DNA of 64,000 nt from Desulfomicrobium sp. UBA5193 (lineage in GTDB: Bacteria > Desulfobacterota > Desulfovibrionia > Desulfovibrionales > Desulfomicrobiaceae): assembly GCA_002412965.1 (NCBI GenBank), contig DHWB01000004.1, forward strand, positions 457,047 through 521,046, written 5' to 3'. This document shows positions 59,304-64,000 of the stretch, piece by piece; within the stretch, counting starts at the first letter, position 1; each line of letters begins with the position of its first letter. A program made the position numbers and the translations under genes. Under the pieces are notes generated by a model. The model was not told the origin of the DNA. It did no database searches and saw nothing but the letters and a program-made list of their open reading frames with translations.

Positions 59304-59476
59304 TTTTCAAGTTTTCGTTCGACGTCCTTCTGACTCAACGTCCCTTCCTGCTCCGCTCTGGCAATACCACTGCGTATTTTTTCAACAACATACAGATGAT
59401 ATTGGACATCCTGAAGAGAACAGTCGTCGGGCAGGGAATTCAGAAGATCTCTTACGGTTTCTTTAGCAGCGTTCAT
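59291..59476 (-). CDS. Putative antitoxin
   Basis: 61 aa, LP...S..D..Y.LYV.EKI..G pattern; GGAGG RBS; overlaps the toxin. Confidence 0.8.
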   Translation of the reverse strand: MNAAKETVRDLLNSLPDDCSLQDVQYHLYVVEKIRSGIARAEQEGTLSQKDVERKLEKWTS

Positions 59477-59526
59477 AGTTGTGCCTCCGGAATGAATTTG
59501 ATGCTGTCTTCACGGAGAGTCAAGGG

Positions 59527-59723
59527 TCATTTTTTACGAGTGTCTTTTACGTACACGCCCTTTTCCCGCCGGTCGATTTCAAAAGACCTATGGCTGCGAT
59601 GAGTTCGCTCAACTTATTGAATCCATAGTTTCGTGGATCAAAATCGTTGGCCGTCTTGTTCATGTACCCGCCAACAGGTCCAAGTCCAGCCCAACCGGTG
59701 TTCGATTCAAATCCGTTTGCCAT
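59527..59723 (-). pseudogene. Frameshifted OST-HTH/LOTUS domain remnant (C-terminal part of an NYN-LOTUS type protein)
   Basis: GWAGLGPVG...DFDPRNYGFNKLSELI..IGL then, one base out of frame, FEIDRREKGVYVKDTRKK*; 197 nt, one T short at 59581-59584. Confidence 0.72.
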
Positions 59724-59905
59724 GCAAACCTCAGTGATTGTTGATTGGGCTCAGACAACCAACGTGTTTAAACACCTCATTGGTTGCAATGCAGTGGCGC
59801 GGCAAAACATGCTGAGGCCTGATACCTCGGCATTATTGTAAGACGCAAGAGCAAACGCGACAGGGGACGAACACGTGTGACCGACATGGTCAAGAAATGT
59901 CTGGT

Positions 59906-60610
59906 TCAGGGTTTCTGGGCGAGTGTGATCCGTTTCAAGACGGTGAAGGGCTCTTCCAGGCACGTCTGACGGAACACGTAGATGTCCCGCACCGGGATTG
60001 GTGTGCGGAGTACGGGGGCGAGCAGGGGGGTGAGTGCCGCGCGGAGGCGTTCCCGTTCTTCGGGGTCGTGGATGCTGCCGGTCAGGGTCAGGTGGAAGCG
60101 CATTTCCTCCAGCACATAGGGGTAGCCCCAGAGGTCCAGCAGTCGCTCCTGGTTCGGGGTCAGGCCCCTCGCGCGTCGGCGGGCAAGTTCTTCGGGCGGG
60201 GGCGGGCGGCGGAAAGGATCCGGGACCGTGACGCAGATGCGGGCCAAGTCTTCCAGTTCCGGGCATGGTCCGGTCAAGGTCAGGGCAAGGAAGGAGCCAA
60301 TGCGTGCAAGCTCAAGTCCGGGCAGGTCGAATGATTGTATATTTGAGGCGATCATGGCCGCGATTTCCAGCAATCCGGTTTCATCATGCGTATCGGTCAG
60401 GAAGAAGGGCGGCTTCAAGGTGGCGTGCAGCCCGTAGTGCCGAGGCGAGGCGGTCAGTTCTGTCAGTCGGGTGGGTTCGATGCCAGGGACGGCTGGTTGC
60501 TTCAGGACAGTTCCCGTGCGGGCGCAGCGACCCAGTACGGTCGAGCAGATGCGTTCGAGCTCGGACCTTTCAGGCGGCGCGAAATATATGGCGTAGCGTG
60601 CTTTGGGCAT
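59906..60610 (-). CDS. DUF1045 phosphonate metabolism protein (2H phosphoesterase-like)
   Basis: RYAIYFAP, YGLHATLKPPF, WGYPYV, RFHLTLT. Confidence 0.9.
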   Translation of the reverse strand: MPKARYAIYFAPPERSELERICSTVLGRCARTGTVLKQPAVPGIEPTRLTELTASPRHYGLHATLKPPFFLTDTHDETGLLEIAAMIASNIQSFDLPGLELARIGSFLALTLTGPCPELEDLARICVTVPDPFRRPPPPEELARRRARGLTPNQERLLDLWGYPYVLEEMRFHLTLTGSIHDPEERERLRAALTPLLAPVLRTPIPVRDIYVFRQTCLEEPFTVLKRITLAQKP

Positions 60611-60662
60611 GTTCACATCATGTGGATCGAGGTTTGTCCGTTCATGGATTTCCCCAATGAAT

Positions 60663-60699
60663 GGGTGCAGGGGGCTGGCCCCCTGCCCGCCGGAGGCAT
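60663..60699. repeat. REP-like palindromic element
   Basis: gggtgcaggggg-ctgg-ccccctgcccgccggaggcat hairpin in an intergenic gap; only one copy seen in the window. Confidence 0.5.
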
Positions 60700-60713
60700 G
60701 CCTTTCTCTGCGG

Positions 60714-61850
60714 TCACATCACCTGCCGACCTTCGCGCCACACTGCGATAACCACGGGCACTTCGTCCACCAAGCGCACCCGCACAAGGTCGGCGCGCTT
60801 GCCCGGAACCAGCTCGCCCCGGTCGGCAAGGCCCAGGGCCATGGCCGGATTGGCCGTGACCGTGCGCAGCGTCCGGTGCAGAGGGAGATCCAATTTTTGC
60901 GACATGATGAACGGGGCCTGCAGCAGGCTCGCGGGCATGTAGTCCGAGGACAGGATGTCAACCAGGTCCTCACCTGCCAGGGCAAGAGCCGAGACGTTGC
61001 CCGAATGCGACTCGCCGCGGACCACGTTGGGCGCGCCCATGACAATGGCCAGCTCCAGCTCCCTTGCCCGCAGGACGGCCTCGCGGGTGGTCGGGAACTC
61101 CGCGATTTTCATGCCCAGGCGCGCCGTCTCCTCCACATGCTCCACCGTGGTGTCGTCATGGCTGGCCAGGGGCAGGCCGCGCTCGCGGCATAAGCCCAGG
61201 ATCGTTTCACGGTTTGGCTCGGCATGGCTTTTTTGCACGGCGCGCAGGCGCTCGATCTCGGCCAGCAGCTCCTCGTCGGTCCATTTCTTGTCGGCATGGA
61301 AGGACCGGTATTTTTCCAGGTCGCTCCATTGCCGCTGCCCTGGAGTGTGGTCCATGATGGACACCAGGCGCAGCAGCTCATGATCCATGACGGAGGCGAA
61401 CATCTCAACCACGGCCTTGTCGGCCAGTTCGCAGCGAATGTGCAGCAGGTGCTCGGCCCGCAGCAACCCGTTTCGACCGGCCTGGGCCAGGGCTTCCAGG
61501 GTGGCTGCGAAAATTTCGCGGCGCATGCGCTTGGCGCTGAATTCGCCTGCGCTGACCGCATCGAGAACCGTGGTGATCCCCGCGCCGACCATGTGCGTGT
61601 CGTGGGCCATGATGGAGGTCAGGCTGGTTGGCCAGCGCACGCCGGAGCGGGGGAGGAAGTGCTTTTCGATGTTGTCCGTGTGGATTTCCACCAGGCCCGG
61701 CAGCAGGTAGTCGCCCTCGAAATCAAGGGCTGTGGGGCTGGATGCGGGAGAACCGATGTCATCGATAAGGCCGTTCTTGGACGAGAGCGAGCCGTGGATA
61801 ATCGAATTCGGCGTGACCACGCGGGCATTGGTGCAACAGAGGGATGGCAT
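60714..61850 (-). CDS. phnM: PhnM paralog (copy 2)
   Basis: PGLVEIHTDN, MDHTPGQRQ, ASHDD, SHSGNVS, SSDY; start 61850 or TTG at 61871. Confidence 0.93.
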   Translation of the reverse strand: MPSLCCTNARVVTPNSIIHGSLSSKNGLIDDIGSPASSPTALDFEGDYLLPGLVEIHTDNIEKHFLPRSGVRWPTSLTSIMAHDTHMVGAGITTVLDAVSAGEFSAKRMRREIFAATLEALAQAGRNGLLRAEHLLHIRCELADKAVVEMFASVMDHELLRLVSIMDHTPGQRQWSDLEKYRSFHADKKWTDEELLAEIERLRAVQKSHAEPNRETILGLCRERGLPLASHDDTTVEHVEETARLGMKIAEFPTTREAVLRARELELAIVMGAPNVVRGESHSGNVSALALAGEDLVDILSSDYMPASLLQAPFIMSQKLDLPLHRTLRTVTANPAMALGLADRGELVPGKRADLVRVRLVDEVPVVIAVWREGRQVM

Positions 61851-61863
61851 GGTGTTTTCCGGT

Positions 61864-62667
61864 TCAGACAAAGAGTTTGCGCAGACGTTGGGACACGAGG
61901 TCGATGACGGTCACGGAGATGATGATGAAGATCATGATGGCGCAGGTTTGGGCAAAATAGAAGCCCCGGATCATTTCCCACAGCACCACGCCGATTCCTC
62001 CGGCTCCGACGATGCCAAGCACGGTGGCGGAGCGGACATTGGATTCGAACCGATACAGGGAATAGGAGATCCACAGGGGCAGAACCTGCGGGATGATGCC
62101 GAAGAGCACCTCCTCCAGAATGCTCGCGCCGGTGGAGCGGATGCCTTCCACGGGCTGGGGGTCGATGGCTTCCACGGCCTCGGAAAAGAGCTTGGCCAGC
62201 ACGCCTGTGGTGTGCACCCAGAGCGCCAGCACTCCGGCGAAGGGGCCAAGTCCGACCGAGACCACGAAGAGCATGGCGAAGACCACCTCATTGATGGCCC
62301 GGCACGCATCCATGACCCGGCGGATGGGCTGGTAGACCCACCAGGGCGCGACGTTTTCGGAGCTCAGGATCCCGAACGGGACTGCGCAGATCACGGCCAG
62401 GAATGTGCCCCAGACCGCGAGATGAAAGGTGACGACGATCTCCTCGACATAGATCCGCCAATCCGAGAAGTCCGGGGGGAAAAAGTCTGCGGCCAGAGTG
62501 GCCATGTTCCCGGAATCCTTGATCAGGGCCAGGGGCCGCATGTCGGCGCCCTCCCAGGACCAGGCCAACACGGCCAGGATTATCGCCCAGCCCAGCAGGG
62601 ACAAGACGGATGACCGCAACGTGCGTGGAGGGCGGGTGGTGATGAGTAGCGTATTCTGAACGGACAT
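61864..62667 (-). CDS. phnE: Phosphonate ABC transporter permease
   Basis: [44 protein letters not shown]. Confidence 0.95.
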   Translation of the reverse strand: MSVQNTLLITTRPPRTLRSSVLSLLGWAIILAVLAWSWEGADMRPLALIKDSGNMATLAADFFPPDFSDWRIYVEEIVVTFHLAVWGTFLAVICAVPFGILSSENVAPWWVYQPIRRVMDACRAINEVVFAMLFVVSVGLGPFAGVLALWVHTTGVLAKLFSEAVEAIDPQPVEGIRSTGASILEEVLFGIIPQVLPLWISYSLYRFESNVRSATVLGIVGAGGIGVVLWEMIRGFYFAQTCAIMIFIIISVTVIDLVSQRLRKLFV

Positions 62668-62681
62668 GAATGCATCCTTGA

Positions 62682-62712
62682 ATGCGGCCGGCGACAAGAT
62701 CGCCGGCCGCAT
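62682..62712. terminator. 13-bp stem hairpin between phnD and phnE (mRNA stabiliser/attenuator)
   Basis: atgcggccggcga-caaga-tcgccggccgcat. Confidence 0.6.
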
Positions 62713-62728
62713 GGAATGGAGGAGGGAG

Positions 62729-63694
62729 CTAGATTTTCGCCTTGATGGCATCGAGCTTGGCGTCGATCTCGGCAAGCTTCTTGGTTTTTTCTTCGGCGGA
62801 GATGGTCGTGTCGCCTTCCACCTTGATGCGGCTCTTGAAGAGTTCGAGCTGGCGGATGGGCAGGAGCTGGTCGTTGGTGGATTCCTTGAAGGGTGCCCAA
62901 CCCAGGGCGGCCAGGACTGCCTTTTCTTTTTCAGATCCCTTGGCTCCGTAGCTCATGATGAAGTCCTTGATCTTGGCCTTGGTCGCTTCGGGCAGGTCCT
63001 TGCGCCATACCAGCGGGTCGCTGGGGATCAGCGGGGAGGTCCACACGACCTTGATCTGCCCGCGCTTGTCCGGATGGTTTTTGTCCAGCTTGGCCAGGTT
63101 TTCACTGTTGTTGGTGGCCACGTCGACCTGCTTGTTGGCCACGCTCAGGGCGTTGGTCTCATGGTTGGCGCTGACCATGTTCTTGAAGATCTTTTTCGGG
63201 TCGACGTTGTTCTTCGCGAATACATAATAGCTGGGCACCAGAAATCCGGAGGTCGAGTTGGGGTCGCCGTTGCCGAAGGAGAGGCCGCCGGCGGCCTTGA
63301 GCACGTCTTCGAGAGTGTTCAGCGGGGAATCCTTGTGCACGATGAGGTGGGAATAATAGCCGGGGGTGCCGTCGGCGGGTACGGTCTGGGCGAAGATCTC
63401 GCCATCGGCGCGGTCAACGGCCTCCATGGCGCTCTTGTTGCCGTACCAGGCCACCTGGACCTTGTTGAAGCGCATGCCTTCAATGATTCCAGCGTAATCC
63501 GAGGCGAAGAAGGCGTTTATTTTGAGACCCGTGGCCTTCTCCATTTCGGCCAGGAAGGGTTCCCAGTCTTTTTTGAGGTTCATGGACGCTTCGGTGGAGA
63601 TGATGCCGAAGTTGATTTCCGTGAGCTCGGCGAAAACGGTCTGCGCGCTGAACGCGGCCAGGAAGATGATCAAGCCACAAAATTTGCGAATCAT
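62729..63694 (-). CDS. phnD: Phosphonate ABC transporter substrate-binding protein
   Basis: [38 protein letters not shown]; signal peptide; AAGGAG RBS. Confidence 0.96.
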   Translation of the reverse strand: MIRKFCGLIIFLAAFSAQTVFAELTEINFGIISTEASMNLKKDWEPFLAEMEKATGLKINAFFASDYAGIIEGMRFNKVQVAWYGNKSAMEAVDRADGEIFAQTVPADGTPGYYSHLIVHKDSPLNTLEDVLKAAGGLSFGNGDPNSTSGFLVPSYYVFAKNNVDPKKIFKNMVSANHETNALSVANKQVDVATNNSENLAKLDKNHPDKRGQIKVVWTSPLIPSDPLVWRKDLPEATKAKIKDFIMSYGAKGSEKEKAVLAALGWAPFKESTNDQLLPIRQLELFKSRIKVEGDTTISAEEKTKKLAEIDAKLDAIKAKI

Positions 63695-63725
63695 GTGATG
63701 CTCCTTTGAAGTGTGTATGGTGGAT

Positions 63726-64000
63726 TCATGCCGCGGCGGGAGCCGTGGCGGATTTACGGTGCAGGGGGCTCTGATGGCGTGTGGCCTTGTCCATCGCAGG
63801 GGAGAACAGCTCCTCGGTCTCCGAGCCATAGATTTCCTTCAGAAAGGACGGAGTCAGGGCCGAGCTCGGGCCGTCGTAAACGATGCGGCCCTGGCGCAGG
63901 GCGATGGTCCGGGGGCAATAGCTGATGGCGTATTCGACCTGATGCAGGGACACGACGATGGTGATTTTGTCTTCGCGGTGGATCTGGGCCAGGATGTCCA
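63726..64000 (-). CDS. phnC: Phosphonate ABC transporter ATP-binding protein, 3' part only (truncated by the window edge)
   Basis: [38 protein letters not shown]. Confidence 0.9.
   Translation of the reverse strand, partial: DILAQIHREDKITIVVSLHQVEYAISYCPRTIALRQGRIVYDGPSSALTPSFLKEIYGSETEELFSPAMDKATRHQSPLHRKSATAPAAA

Noticed and set aside
57650..59900. Integron cassette array
   Set aside because: I found no attC-like RYYYAAC...GTTRRRY structures after the stop codons and no integrase in the window

Overview
GC-rich bacterial chromosomal window. Gene content (periplasmic [NiFe] hydrogenase, futalosine-pathway mqnA, Rex box at adk) points to a sulfate-reducing Desulfobacterota member, Desulfomicrobium/Desulfovibrio-like; the taxonomy is an inference. 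In order: M23 peptidase; hydrogenase operon (small, large, maturation protease, hypC, degenerate ADP-ribosylglycohydrolase); nitroreductase, TPR, MFS and GNAT genes; a 747-aa unknown protein; TPP-riboswitch thiSGHFE; DUF47-PiT; hydantoinase-HDAC pair; two small genes with sigma28-type promoters; mqnA and adk; an AT-richer RiPP locus; a SelD-N-terminal-like oxidoreductase with a YnjBCD-like ABC transporter; nudC, rSAM and a PAS kinase; paaK-ACT; rsfS-gpmI; amino-acid ABC transporter; ettA; and a C-P lyase (phn) cluster split into two convergent operons by a toxin-antitoxin islet. The best find is absent from the ORF track. It is an 83-aa precursor peptide gene (27042-27293, minus) with two in-frame UGA codons, each in a G-S-G-U-G-G motif and each followed at identical spacing by a SECIS-like hairpin, lying upstream of an SbtM-type radical SAM/SPASM maturase. 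The family is known; the two-core selenocysteine architecture and its neighbourhood are the points worth checking.
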